DNA of 64,000 nucleotides from Octopus vulgaris. Lineage: Eukaryota. A model generated the notes under the pieces. That model did not search any database. It worked only from the letters and a program-made list of their open reading frames with translations, and was not told the origin of the DNA. The number at the start of each line of letters is the position of its first letter. The stretch's first letter is position 1. Shown one piece after another: positions 39,837 through 52,714 of the stretch. A program made the translations under genes and the position numbers. Location of the stretch: NCBI GenBank assembly GCA_951406725.2, contig OX597824.1, positions 10,788,001 through 10,852,000 of the forward strand. The letters run 5' to 3'.

Positions 39837-40160
39837 ATTATTTACATTCAACGGATATTTGTCCTCATCTTGTTTGTTGTTAACACAACGTCTCGGCTGA
39901 TATTATTATTATTATTATTGTTGTTCAGGTCACTGCTTGGTTAACTGGTTAAGAGCGCAGGCTACTAACCCCAAGATTCCGAGTTCGATTCCAAGCAGTG
40001 ACCTGAACAACAACAACATCGAAAAATACCTTAGGAATGAGAACCCAGGTTCAAAATTTCCTCAAGACACCTGAAAAAGGCTGGAAAGTATATCAGCCGA
40101 AACGTGTTAACAACAAACAAGATTAGGACAAATATCCATCAAATGTAAATAATGTAAATA
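39837..40160 (+). mobile_element. tRNA-headed element with hammerhead-bearing Penelope-like tail and inverted upstream fragment
   Basis: A/B boxes at ~39940-39992; hammerhead-like 40067-40107; 39837-39940 is an inverted, internally deleted copy. Confidence 0.6.
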
Positions 40161-40377
40161 ATTCCTCATCTCTTAAATATAGAACTGTATTGAACATTTT
40201 CACTGATAAATCACAGTAAGTTGTCATCTCTGAAACCATGTTGAATAAATGCAGATGCACACCGACAGAATAATACACTGAATAATTTGAAGGTTTTACA
40301 ACATTTGGGAAGAGAAATATTTGCAAGGAGTGGTGGATGAGAAATCCTAATATAAGGGATATTATGACACACAGACA

Positions 40378-40408
<31 letters not shown>

Positions 40409-40475
40409 GTGGCAAGTGGGGTGAATTAAATATATAACTGTGCAAGGATACACAAAGTTTGTGCATAGCACTTAC

Positions 40476-40505
40476 AAAGATCAGCATTCTGAAGTTGGTT
40501 TAAGA
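40476..40505 (-). CDS. Possible 30-nt microexon
   Basis: gctag|TCTTAAACCAACTTCAGAATGCTGATCTTT|gtaagt; symmetric phase 1, reads VLNQLQNADL. Confidence 0.4.
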
Positions 40506-40858
40506 CTAGCACAGCTATAATAATAATAATAATAACAATAGCAACAGTTAAATGAAAATAATGTGACAAATTTGAGCATAAAAGTCAACAACATAAATAA
40601 AGTTGAAGTAGACAACTGAAAGAATCAAACCATTCCATTAATCACCAACAACTTTATTGGCATAAAACATAAATCTATTCCTGCCACAAGTTTAATATCA
40701 AGACTAGCTTTGTTATATTTGGACAAACCATTTGAAATGGTGGGATATTTTCTGAACATCTTCATTTCAAGAATTTGAAAGTTAATCTCTGATACGATAA
40801 TTATTTATAAAGTTCTCATCATAGAAAACAAAAGGATTGTGCTAGAAATTGCATTTAA

Positions 40859-41287
40859 CCCTTTAGTATTTAAACCGGCCATATCCGGCCAAAATATTTA
40901 ATCTGTTTTATGTTCAAACTGACCAGATCCAGGCTCTCACACCTACCCTACAATGTTATTCTACATTAGGTAATTACACCATCAAGATCTTGAAGATATG
41001 AGATAATGCATGATTAATTCAAATCAATGGGAATCAATAAGCATTATGTTTGATAGAATAATCTGAACACTAAAGGGTTAAACTGGCCAAATCCGGCCCA
41101 ATATATTCTACATGTTTTAAATTCAAACTGGCGATATCAAGCCTCTCACTCCTAACCTACAATGCCGTTCTGAAAATAAACAATCACATCATTGAAACCT
41201 CAAAACTATAAGATAATGCATGATTAATTCAAAACAATTTGAGTGAAAAAGTATTACATTTAACAGAATAATCTGAACACTAAAGGG
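40859..41287. mobile_element. Two adjoining piggyBac-like MITEs
   Basis: TTAA|CCCTTTAGT...ACTAAAGGG|TTAA at 40859-41077, then a second copy lacking its left terminus, ending GGG|TTAA at 41287. Confidence 0.85.
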
Positions 41288-41573
41288 TTAAACAATTTGG
41301 GGAGTAGGCTTGTGAACAAGCCCTTAAACAAGAACATCTGGTTCCAATAATTAGATAACTGCTTCTGATATAGTGCAGTCAGATTCAGATATTATTAGAG
41401 TTTGTGTTATAAATATACCTAAGCAGGCTACAGCACGAGACTGATGATGATGGATTGTTATTAACCAGTCCTACTAATACACACCTCTCACTGTTTTATT
41501 GAATTGGAAGAAATACAGATTTCTATTTGATGACAAGTATTTGGTCAGCAGAGCAATAATCAATATAGTTTAA

Positions 41574-41779
41574 GTACTCTTTTACTTGTTTCAGTCATTT
41601 GACTGTGGCCATGCTGGAGCACCGCCTTTAGTCGAGCACATCGACCCCAGGACTTATTCTTTGGAAGCCTAGTACTTATTCTATCGGTCTCTTTTGCCGA
41701 ACCACTAAGTAATGGGGACATAAACACACCACCATCGGTTGTCAAGCAATGTTGTGGGGACAAACACAAACACATAAAA

Positions 41780-41826
<47 letters not shown>

Positions 41827-41989
41827 CGATGGGCTTCTTTCAGTTTCTGTCTACCAAATCCACTCACAAGGCTTTGGTCGGCCCGAGGCTATAGTAGAAG
41901 ACACTTGCCCAAGGTGCCACACTGAGAATGAACCCGGAACCATGAGGTTGGTAAGCAAGCTACTTACCACACAGCCACTCCTACGCCTA
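41574..41989 (-). mobile_element. SINE family A, full length, intronic
   Basis: Family consensus in reverse. Confidence 0.9.
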
Positions 41990-42170
41990 TTGTAATAATA
42001 ATAATAATAATAATATAGACAATAGCTACTTCATACAATAAAGCTACATGTTCGATTAGACAACAATTATATATTGGTTCTTTGATTTTGATATTACAGT
42101 TAAGACCAGTCTAGAGCACTCCACTTCAGATCATTTACAAAACAAGTTATAATTAAATATAAATAGTTAC

Positions 42171-42292
42171 CTTTCGATGGTATATCCCAAGACTGGGGAC
42201 TATTCTTTAAGGGCAACTGTAACTGAGGACTCTCTGATTTTGGAGACACAGGAACAGATTCCATTGGTGTTGTAAGGGCAACATTAGCAGGA
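42171..42292 (-). CDS. Internal exon
   Basis: aaag|...|gtaact, phase 2 to 1; SPANVALTTPMESVPVSPKSESPQLQLPLKNSPQSWDIPSK. Confidence 0.8.
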
Positions 42293-42348
42293 CTTTTATA
42301 TGGAAACAAGACAAAACATAAAAAAGGTTAGTGAAGAGAATAGATAAA

Positions 42349-42856
42349 TCTATATATATAAAACTCAACTTGTGTATCTGCGTGTGTATCTGTATGTGTG
42401 TCTGTGTGTTTAACTTCCCGGCACATCTCCTCCTAGCCAACAAATCCTAGAACCACCAAAAATGGGTCACTTAAAGTTTAGGCGAATGAAAATTGAACTG
42501 CGCTATTTCTGTTCCGAAATTCATCTCGCAAGTGCAAAAATCGATAATGTGTTTGTTTAGGCCTTATCCCATGCATTGAATAGTGAACTTTACTCAGTCT
42601 GCTGTTTGTCATGAACTGTGTTCACCATGTGTGCAAGCATGCGCAAATTGCATGAAAATAAAAAATAAAGATATAAAAACGAATCGCCGTAAACATTGTA
42701 GAAATTCAGCAAAGAAATGAATTTTTCGGGAATTGGCCTAGAGGGTTTTTCGTATTAATCGTTTGGACTTTGTGAACACATGCCAATTGTTTTCATAACA
42801 TTTTTAACGCTCTGAATTAAATGTGACCATTTTGCAAAGCCGGGCAATGCTGCTAG
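42349..42856 (+). mobile_element. Non-autonomous Helitron, intronic
   Basis: A|TCTATATATATAAAA start; ...GCAAAGCCGGGCAATGCTGCTAG|T end. Confidence 0.75.
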
Positions 42857-42921
42857 TTCATACATAAAATAGATATTTGTTGAAACTGTGCAATATATAT
42901 TTTTTTAAGCAGATGACTTAC

Positions 42922-44439
42922 CTACTGATGATATGACTGCTTGTTATAAGAGAGGCAGGGGAGTGAGATCTTGATTTGTCAGGCCGTTTGATTTCTTTCT
43001 CTGTGTCGCTATCAGAGCCATGAGAGGTACTAGAGCCTTCAACAGATCGTAACATGGGCGATGAATATTTCTCGAGAGACGGTCGCCGCGTTGTACTGGA
43101 ACTAGCATTAAACATGGCTACTTTGCTTTTGACACTAGGTAAAAGTTTGTTAGATTCAGATGATGACTCTGATCCACTAGATTTTCGAGAACTTAATGAG
43201 TTGGTCCATTTGGGGTCGCTATCCTTATGGATAGTAAGAGAAGACACTGATGGTGGAGTTTGATATTTTGATCCCAAACTGTTTGGTCCCATATTTGTCT
43301 GGAAAGATGGTGAAGTGGAAATTAATTTAGAAGGGCTGTCTCTTTCAGGTGGATCGTTGGGGCTTGGTGCAAGGTCTCCAAGAAATGATTTGGGTTTTAT
43401 TTCCCGATTTCGTAAACCTAATGCTATAGCTCTGGAAGATATAGCAGGATGTGAGGTCTGTCGGATCCAAGATGAAGACCTGGTGTTGAGGAACGGCGTT
43501 CAATAGAATCAGGCTTATTGGTCAGATTAGATGATCTAGAACTTTCTTGTAAATCTGATTCTTTACTTAAAGAATCTTCTGCAGCAGTAGAAGTTTTGTT
43601 GTGCTCAGGCATTTTGTAAGAATTTTTCCCAAGCACACCAGATTTACCCAAAAGGATATTTTTGGCTTGGTCTAACGTTAATTCAGGTTGAGGCCTACGA
43701 TTTCGATTAATTGGTCGTTTGCTGGTATCTTTCCGGTGTGAATTTAATGTAGTGGACAGAGGTGGTGGCATAAGATCAGCATCAGAAGAGTTTTTAATCC
43801 CTTTCTTAGTATCATCTGGTGCACAACCAATGGTTATTCGTCGTTTGGATGCTGCTGAAAGTGAAGGACTTTCCTTAGCTTCAGAAGAAAACCCATCATT
43901 GATGTTTCTGGCTGCTGTAGACTGGGCATCGCTAGATGTTCTGCTACTTTGAGAACCTTGATCATCAACTGTGTTAACTTCAGGCACACTGTGAGAAAGG
44001 GATAAGTCACATAAAATCTGGAGATTAGAAGGGGGCAGAGTCTCATCGTCGTCTATACATGTGAGGTTGGGAACGGACAAACATGGCACCATGTTATTAG
44101 AGAGTAAATTCTTTTTATATTTTTTCTTTTTAGGATCTTTCAAAGTTTTTGATACATCTTGGCCATCTTTGGAATATATAGACAACGATTTGTCTTTCTT
44201 GCTGAAAGAGGTTTCATATAAACTCTGCCGGTTCATTTTAGCCATGGAGCTCTTCGTTTGCTGGCTGTATGAGCTGCGAGTTTGAGAGGAAGACTTGCTT
44301 GGTTCACTGGTGGATATCGAGTAACGGTCAGCTTTATTTCTCTTGTTACCCATGGACAACCTGGACTTGAGTGACTTGCTGGTCGGTGATTGAGGTGTGT
44401 CTTCTTCACTTTCATCTATACGTAACTCAAAGAGACTCA
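42922..44439 (-). CDS. Large Ser-rich exon with one apparent frameshift near 43480
   Basis: Phase 1 acceptors at 44439 or 44415; ORF DESEEDTPQSP... switches frame to ...SSSWIRQTSHP...SHIIS; donor ag|gtaagt phase 2 fits the next exon. Confidence 0.85.
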
Positions 44440-44847
44440 CTAAAAAAATCAGAAATGTCACCAAATATATTACATTAAACTAAATGTTGCAAACAAAGAA
44501 AAATAAAATTAAAATGTTATCTTTGTTAAAATCATTTTTTGATAATTAATATAAATTCAAATTAGAAATTAAGTAACAAAAATCAGTTTTAACAAGTACA
44601 AATGTAATATATCTAAATTATAAAATGCTTCATTTACAACAATCACACAATGTCAAGCAGATACAAGCACATACAATAGGCTTCTTTCAGTTTCTATCTT
44701 GGTGTTCAAAAGGCTGAAGTAAATGACACTTGCCCAAGGTGCTACGCAGTGGGACTGAACCCAAAACCATGTGCTTTAGCTGTCAGTATCAATTGATGTG
44801 GAGAAACAAATCAAATTTATGCAAGACACACTACAATGTAGCCATTA

Positions 44848-45056
44848 GGTGGCGAGCAGGCAGAATCGTTAGCACGCCAGGCGAATTGCTTTGCGGTATT
44901 TCACGTCTTTACGTTCTGAGTTCAAATTCCGCCAAGGTCAACTTTGCCTTTCATCCTTTCAGGGTTGATAAATTAAGTACCAGTTGTGCACTGGAGTCAA
45001 CCTAATCGACTGCCCCCCACCCAAATTTCAGGCCTTGTGCCTAGGGTAGAAAAGAA
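44848..45056 (+). mobile_element. SINE family B variant
   Basis: GGTGGCGAGCAGGCAGAATCGTTAGC...GCCTTTCATCCTTTCAGGGTTGAT. Confidence 0.85.
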
Positions 45057-45499
45057 TATAGCTAGGAGAATTGTAACTAAATAAATTGCTATGATGTGTT
45101 GGTACTATGGAAACTTTTGGTCTCTATGCAAGATGTTTACAGTAATAAAAGAGTTGGGTCAAGCTCTTGTACAAGACCATCCTGTATCATTAATTAAACC
45201 ACCTTGCATTAATTGACCAAGCTGATAAATAAGTTTTATTGCCAAGTTTATTTATAATAAACAAACTCATATCCCTGACTGAATATAAAAGCTATTGAGT
45301 TTTAATTAACAGTCTTCGTTAAGGTCTTATACTAGCACTCAAAAACCAAGTTAGATCTAGTCAAATATTTAACATAAGGGGCTTGGGAAGAGATTTGTTT
45401 TCATGTTGGACACAAACCAAACAGGTGTAAAGATTTGGGAGGTAGCCATTATATCTCAGATAATCCAAAAAAACAAATGAGCCACAGAACCTAGCTTAA

Positions 45500-45712
45500 C
45501 CCTTTTGAGACCAACTCACTTCAAACTACCCTTGGTTCTCTGATAAAGACTTCTTGTCTTGAAAAGATCTAAATTAAAATTAAATCAAAATCTCAATTTA
45601 TGTTCCAAATGCCAGCTGAAGCTGACAGTCCATTTTGTTAAATTCTTCATAGTTTTCGAAATATATTAAAATAAAGGTAGTCTATTTCAACAGAAATATG
45701 GTAACAAAGGGG
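45500..45712. mobile_element. piggyBac-like MITE
   Basis: TTAA|CCCTTTTG...CAAAGGGG|TTAA. Confidence 0.7.
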
Positions 45713-47152
45713 TTAAGGATACAATCATTATCATCATGATTAAAGTCCACTTTTCTATGCTGGCATGGGTCGGACAGAATTTGAGCCAGTTTTACTACAG
45801 TCGGACGGTCATCCTGTCACCAGTCCTCACAAGTTTCCAGTTCCAAACCAAGCATTTACACACTGACACACAGACAGACACGTTTCTGAGCAGAACATTT
45901 TGTTTAAATCTACTGAAGAAGTTACTATAAAAATGAAGGAGATTGAATGAAGAAAAAAAAAAAAATTATAGAAATTACTGATGGTAAACTTTGGAAAAAT
46001 AAATGTTATTATCAGAATGAGATATAGGATTTTGTTGCGAACATAAACTTAAACTGCTCATTACATGTTACAGAGCTGCCGTTAATTTATTCTCAAGGAA
46101 GATAATAAATCTAAGTAAAGGTTTAAAAAACAATAATTTACTCCTCACAAATAGTTCAACGAATTCTGTTATTAAACAATCATAAATATTAAACATAATC
46201 GTAAACATGATTAGATAAACAAATATGCCTTTACATGTTATATACAAATATTGTACAACATACATATGCACAGGTATATACAAAGCTTATATAGAAAATG
46301 ATAAACTTTACAAGATAACATTTAAAAATACACTATTTGACAAGTACACGAAATATATATATATATATGAATGATGCATGTTTTTAAACAACTGAAAATA
46401 CAAAAAACATACATAAAAAACACCCCAAAACATGCCACCAATAAACATTGAGCAACCAGACTCCATGGAACAACAGTAAGCAACAGACTACAATGAAATT
46501 AGTATTAAAACTCCAACAGTTCCAGAGAAAAGCAAAACTTATTTTTGGGGCTTGCAGTTTATGGGTATCAAAATTAAAGATTGTTTGATGTAAGATTTTA
46601 AATGATGACATGATAATAAAGTGTGCATGGGTTTGTGTGCACACACACATATATATATATATTCAAAGAATTAGGTCATATTGAATATGAGAAATATAGC
46701 AAATATATGTTTATCATTGCCAACTTTTAGCTAAAAAAGAATTATTTTTTAAAAAATAACTTACAGAATACTTTCTGTTATAGCATAGAAAGATGCTCAC
46801 AAGACCAAAACAGAATGCTGGGTGTGTAACATAATTTGAAAATAGTTCTCTACGCAAAGTTTTTACATATCTTGTTTCATTGGTAAGCATCTCTGATGAA
46901 ACGGGATACAATTGCCATTACCTCAGGTACAGACTTTCACTCATATTGCATGCTCTCTCTCTCTCTCTCTCTCTATTTTGCATGGCTATGGAAGTATCTT
47001 ACAGATGTTTTTGTTTTATGAAAACTTCTAACATATGTTTTAGCTGTACGAGTGTGTGTATGAATGCATGAGTGTGTGTTTGTGTGTGAGACCATTGTAC
47101 ACACTAAAGTATATGATGGTCTCAAATGAGAAATACTATTTATTAGATCAGA

Positions 47153-47573
47153 AGTACTCTTTTACTCGTTTCAGTCATTTGACTGCGGCCATGCTGGAGC
47201 ACCGCCTTTAATCGAGCAACTCGACCCCAGGACTTATTCTTTGTAAGCCCAGTACTTATTCTATCGGTCTCTTTTGCTGAACTGCTAAGTGACGGGGACA
47301 AAAACACACCAGCATCAGTTGTCAAGCAATGCTAGGGGGACAAACACACACACAAATATACACGTACACACACACACACATATATATATACACACACACA
47401 CATATATACGACGGGCTTCTTTCAGTTTCCATCTACAAAATCCACTCACAAGGCTTTGGTCGGCCTGAAGCTATAGTAGAAGACACTTGCCCAAGGTGCC
47501 ACACAGTGGGACTGAACCCGGAACCATGTGGTTGGTAAGCAAGCTACTTACCACACGGCCACTCCCTGCACCT
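47153..47573 (-). mobile_element. SINE family A, full length, intronic
   Basis: Family consensus in reverse. Confidence 0.9.
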
Positions 47574-47930
47574 ACGTTTCTTCTTTACCTTTTTTTTTTC
47601 TTTTGTGGAGCATATTTCCACACAAGATTAGCCCCTGATATAGATATTTGATACTGCAGCCATCCATTAATATTTTCCCTTTAAATCCATTTTCAATTCC
47701 TCTTCTTAATACTTCCATTCTCTTAGCCTCCAGAGTATCTGCAGCTTGGGGTGCGCATCCTTCATCTAAACATCTGGATAGGTAATGGAAATGCTGAACA
47801 GGCAACAATGAGTCAGTCTTCAGTCTCCAACCTTATCAGTGAAATCCAGACAAAGCATTCCACTGCTGGACATGTGACATCTAGTTCAGACACATTACAA
47901 ATGCCCTGGTGACCATCCAGAGAGAATTAA

Positions 47931-48151
47931 CCCTTTTGTTACTGTATTTATTTTGAGATGCTCTGTGTTTCTTTCAATAACTTTAAATATAACAAAGAAT
48001 TTAGTAAAATAACTTAGTTATCATTAAGCTAGTGTTAGGAACATAAATTGTGACTAAGGTTTGGTGGAAGAATTTAGTTCAAAACTTGTGAAAACAAGAC
48101 ATTTGTACTACAGAGCCAGAGCCGGTTTCAGCTGGGTTGGTAACGAAAGGG
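47931..48151. mobile_element. piggyBac-like MITE
   Basis: TTAA|CCCTTTTGTTAC...GTAACGAAAGGG|TTGA. Confidence 0.7.
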
Positions 48152-48396
48152 TTGAGTCAGATTAAATGCTTATATGGTTTAAACATTGTTACCTTAAGCA
48201 AAGCATATTATTTTACTTTGCATAGTGACCTGATCAATAGCCGACGCCGACCATAACCAAGTATGAGAAGACTATTCTGCATCACCAGGTAGGTTATTTT
48301 TATCTTTTATCTTTTGCTGGTTTCAGACATAGGACTGCACCTATGCTGGGACACCACCTTGAAGGGTTCAGTTGAACAAATTGGCCCCAGTGCTCA

Positions 48397-48775
48397 ATCA
48401 TCATCATCGTTTAACGTCTGTTTCCATGCTAGCATGGGTTGGACGGTTCAACTGGGGTCTGGGAAGTCAGAAAGCTGCACAAGGCCCAGTCTGATCTGGC
48501 AATGTTTCTACGGCTGGATGCCCTTCCTAATGCCAACCACTCCGCGAGTGTAGTGGGTGCTTTTTACATGCCACCGGCACAGGTGCCAGACGAGGCTGGC
48601 AAATGGCTATGATCGGATGGTGCTTTTTACGTGCCACCGGCACAGAGGCCAGACAAGGCTGACAACGGCCACGATCGGATGGTGCTTATTACGTGCCACT
48701 GGCACGGAGGCCAGTTGGGGCAGCACTGACAACGACCACGTTCGGATGGCTATCTTACGTGCCACCGGCACTGCT
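48397..48775 (-). mobile_element. Retroposon family D with internal ~60-bp tandem units
   Basis: (CAT)n tail at left; four TTACRTGCCACYGGCAC-containing units. Confidence 0.8.
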
Positions 48776-50253
48776 ATCACAACTACAATTTCCATTGATG
48801 TTGATCAATTTCGATTTTGTTTTTTAAATCTGGAACTTATTCGATCGGTTTCTTTTGCTGAAGTGCTATGTCACAGAGACAACCAATACTGGTTACCAAG
48901 CAGCTGGAGGAGGGGGCCAAACACAAACACACACAGTTGTGTATGTTTGTTACTATGTACCACATCCTATGGATGGATGAACAAGGATAGTTCTTATAGA
49001 TTTGGATAACTAAAATTGCTAAGTTTTCAGCTGAATGATTCTTTTCAATGCTTACCTATAGGCATCACAAAGTCCAGGTACAAACTACATTCAGCAGAGT
49101 ATATTTAAGCAACAACAGACAATAGTTGTATCTAGGTCTCATCTTTACCCATGTAGAGTAATTTTCTTTGCTTCTGTGTGTGTGTGTGTGTGTGTGTTCA
49201 CGCGTGTGATTTGACTGCAAGTTGTCCCAAGTTTAATCAATATTTCAGAATATATTTTAAAACAATATTTTAAAATTCAAATAAATTCCAATAACAACTG
49301 TCAATAAGAATAAGGCGTTATGTGTCAAAGAGCATGAAACTGTGTGATGAAACAAAGACAAATGTAACAATGAAAAGCTGTAAAATGAAAAATATTCATG
49401 AAAAATATAGCCAATGTTAATAAATTTTAAGTTATTTTAGGGTTTTAGAAGTTACAGTGAAAAGAATAAAAATAAAAATATATTTAAAAGAGTTTTTTTT
49501 TTTTTTTAAATATCTAATGGGGAAGTGAGTTACAAAGCCATGCAGACTATTTCACCAAAGCTAAAGAATGATACCAGCAAAGCAAAGATGTAAGCTTAGG
49601 AACATGTGAATGTTTTTAATATAGTAAAAAATAATGAGTGAGGAATGGATCAGATTAAATAATTATGTTATTGATTGGTAGATTATTTAGGAAGAGTTTG
49701 TGTTGTGCTAAGCATTGATAACCATTGTGCTGGTGTGGTGTTGTGTGCAGTGTTGTGCAGATCAGTGTAACTAGCAAAAATGTCTGAGATATGTTTAGTT
49801 TCTTTGATGTTTTGAATATTACTGGTTCAGATTGACTTTTGGATTGTTATGAAGGCAGCTTCCTCATGGTTGAAGTTTACATACTTTTTTTCCTGTATGT
49901 ATTTGCAAGTGGTAGTTTCAAGCTAAATCTTATTAACCGAATAAGTCTATCCCTCCTCCTATATATAACATATTGCTAGAACAACTTTAGTTAAGAGAAT
50001 GAAAGACAGCAAGGAACAAAAACAAATATAGCAATTTAGTCGCTTTTTAAAGAAAAAAAAAAAAAAAAGGGTGGGGGTGGATTTAGTTTCGGCAAGAAAC
50101 AGAATTCATTAAACAAGTGATTCTATTCACCTATGAGAAAAACAATGTGTGCTCCAACAAAGAACAGTGTGACAGAATAGGGGGTAAGTTATGTTGTTAA
50201 TTGAGTCCGTTAGAGCGAGCGACCAGCATGCTGTTTGGATGAGACACCATTAC

Positions 50254-50589
50254 CCCTAGTTGATTTATTGTTCGTTGAGTTCTTAGTCCGACCACCAGAG
50301 GGTGCTGAAGCAGCAGTTGCAGGAGAAGAAGGGCAGGATGGAGACGTACTCCTTGGTGATGGAATACGGCTACGGGTAGTAGTGGAAGGAGCTGACTTTT
50401 TAAGTTTAGTGCAGCTGTTTTTACCATATTTGGAGAGAGGCTTTGGTGACGTGCTCCGTTTGACCGGGCTTTGCATGCGACCAGAGTGCTGAGCAGATAT
50501 ATCAGCAGGCGAGCTTTGGGTCAAATCCATTGTTGACCAACTTCGGCGAACAGGACGTGTAGGGGTTTGACACCCAGATCCAGGCTTTC
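50254..50589 (-). CDS. Internal Ser/Pro/Thr-rich exon
   Basis: tattag| acceptor phase 1; GKPGSGCQTPTRPVRRSWSTMDL...NKSTR; donor g|gtaatg phase 1. The ORF also continues to a stop at 50210. Confidence 0.75.
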
Positions 50590-51454
50590 CTAATAGCAGG
50601 TAAAATTGGCAACAACAGTGATCAGTGCTATACAAGGAAGGATTGATTAACAAATAAACAATAAAAGTAATGAAATAACTTATAATTCAAATCTTTCAGA
50701 GGAAGTGATTCCAAGATTTTCCACTTCCATTCTTCATAGACAGCTTCTTCCACATATTATATATATATAATAGGTAGGATCGACAGAAAAGGTACTCCTC
50801 CAACTGGAGGTAAATATCATTTAATATACGCAGCATTTAAATACAAGATACTATTAATTTCATGCTCTGGAAACACTTTAAATTGGCAGATTTATATATC
50901 CTGTTTTGTGCCTTCAAACAATCCTTCAGTCTCAAATACATAACATGGCAGGTCTTGTTCAAAAAGGCAAGAAAGGAAGCACAAGGAATGACACCAATTT
51001 ATTGTTTCCACAGCATGAAACTAATGGTAGCTAGTATTTAAAGATTGTGTATATTAAAATGATATATGTGTATATATAATAAAGTGGAAAACATTCAAGA
51101 TGGTTTTTACAAAATATGCTAGCTTTTCTAAAATTTCACTTTTTCCCCAATGAGATTTCCAGATAAATTATAAAGAGAAACAACAAAAGAATTACATTGA
51201 CATTATGATAATATAAACAAAAATATGTTCTCTATACATTCATGCAGATAAATTTTGGGTCTTCAGATAAAACTAGAAATAAAAAGTTTAGCTGAAAGAA
51301 AAAAAATCATTTAGGGTTGGTGGAAATACATAAAAAAAAATTTTTTTTTCAATTGCACAACTTCATGCAAAGTTGATTAGAGCAAAGTAGAACTTGGTAC
51401 AAGGACCTAGTTTCTTTTCCACAACAATACTGTTTGTAGTTCAATGGACATTAG

Positions 51455-52131
51455 ACATGTGAATTTCTTATTGAATTATATAAAAGTATCTGTGAATTAC
51501 TGGTTGCTGCTCCTGTATCATAAACCTTGAAGGAGCACTGCATCCTTCAAAACTTCCATGCTTCCTGAGATTCGCCAACACTACACCTGATTTTCTCCCC
51601 TCCATACACACGCAGGCATGTATCTGACTCATGCATTGTTCACTTTCCAGACATTTGTACATTACTGCATATACTTTGACAAGTTGTGGTGCACCTGAGC
51701 ACTGTATACAATAATTTCATTATTATTATTATTATTTTATATTTGCTAAAGCGTTTATATGTTATAACCAGAAATACATGATTGGGTGCAGCTGTTGGGA
51801 TGCTGGCTGACTGGACACAGAACCTGTTTTTGACAATACTTTTTGGCACAAGAAGCACACACACACACACACAAACATGTATACCTACAGAGAGAGGAGG
51901 GAGGGAGCTAAACATTACAATTTATTAATTGAAAACAACTTCAAAACTTCCATGCTTCCTGAGATTCGCCAACACTACACCTGATTTTCTCCCCTCCAAA
52001 CACACACAAGCATGCATCTGACTCATACACTGTTCACTCCCAGACATTTGTACATTACTGCATATACTTTATACGCACTTTTGACAAGTTGTGGTGCACC
52101 TGAGCATTGTATACAATAATTTCATTATTAT
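51455..52131 (+). mobile_element. Two 5'-truncated copies of a LINE-like 3' end with (ATT)n tail
   Basis: CTTCAAAACTTCCATGCTTCCTGAG...GGTGCACCTGAGCAYTGTATACAATAATTTCATTATT at ~51545-51735 and ~51939-52131. Confidence 0.7.
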
Positions 52132-52395
52132 AACTGATATAAACGTTTTCTCTCTTCTCATCCGCATAAAAAGAAATAATGCTCACACACATAAACAGAA
52201 AGAGAGAGGTGGGAAGAGACATCAAAAGATCTCATCCTAAATTAAGTCAGCATAGAATCATCAATACAAACAGGGTTCCAAAATGGCTGTACCAAAACAT
52301 CTCATCTCCATCTAGAATACACTGCCTGTCAACCCCTCAAGGTGGAGTAATACTGAATGCCATGCATCAGGATTTATCATGTTTCAAGTATATTT

Positions 52396-52714
52396 TACTC
52401 CTTACTCTTTTACTTGTTTCAGTCACTTGACTGTGGCCATGCTGGAGCAACGCCTTTCGTCAAGCAAATCGACCCTAGGACTTATTCGTTGTAAGCCCAG
52501 TACTTATTCTATCGGTCTCTTTTGCCGAACCACTAAGTTACAGGGACGTAAACACACCACCATCGGTTGTCAACCTTCTTTCAGTTTCCGTCTACCAAAT
52601 CCACTCACAAGGCTATAGTAGAAGACACTTGCCCAAGGTGCCATGCAGTGGGACTGAACTCGGAACCATGTGGTTCGTAAGCAAGCTACTTACCACACAG
52701 CCACTCCTATACCT
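52396..52714 (-). mobile_element. SINE family A with internal deletions
   Basis: Family consensus in reverse, lacking the central microsatellite. Confidence 0.85.

Noticed and set aside
43054-44285. Plus-strand ORFs over the large exon
   Set aside because: Antisense shadows of the Ser-rich minus-strand coding exon.
46888-46910. CTGATGAAAC hammerhead-like motif
   Set aside because: No stem II between the half-cores; likely chance.
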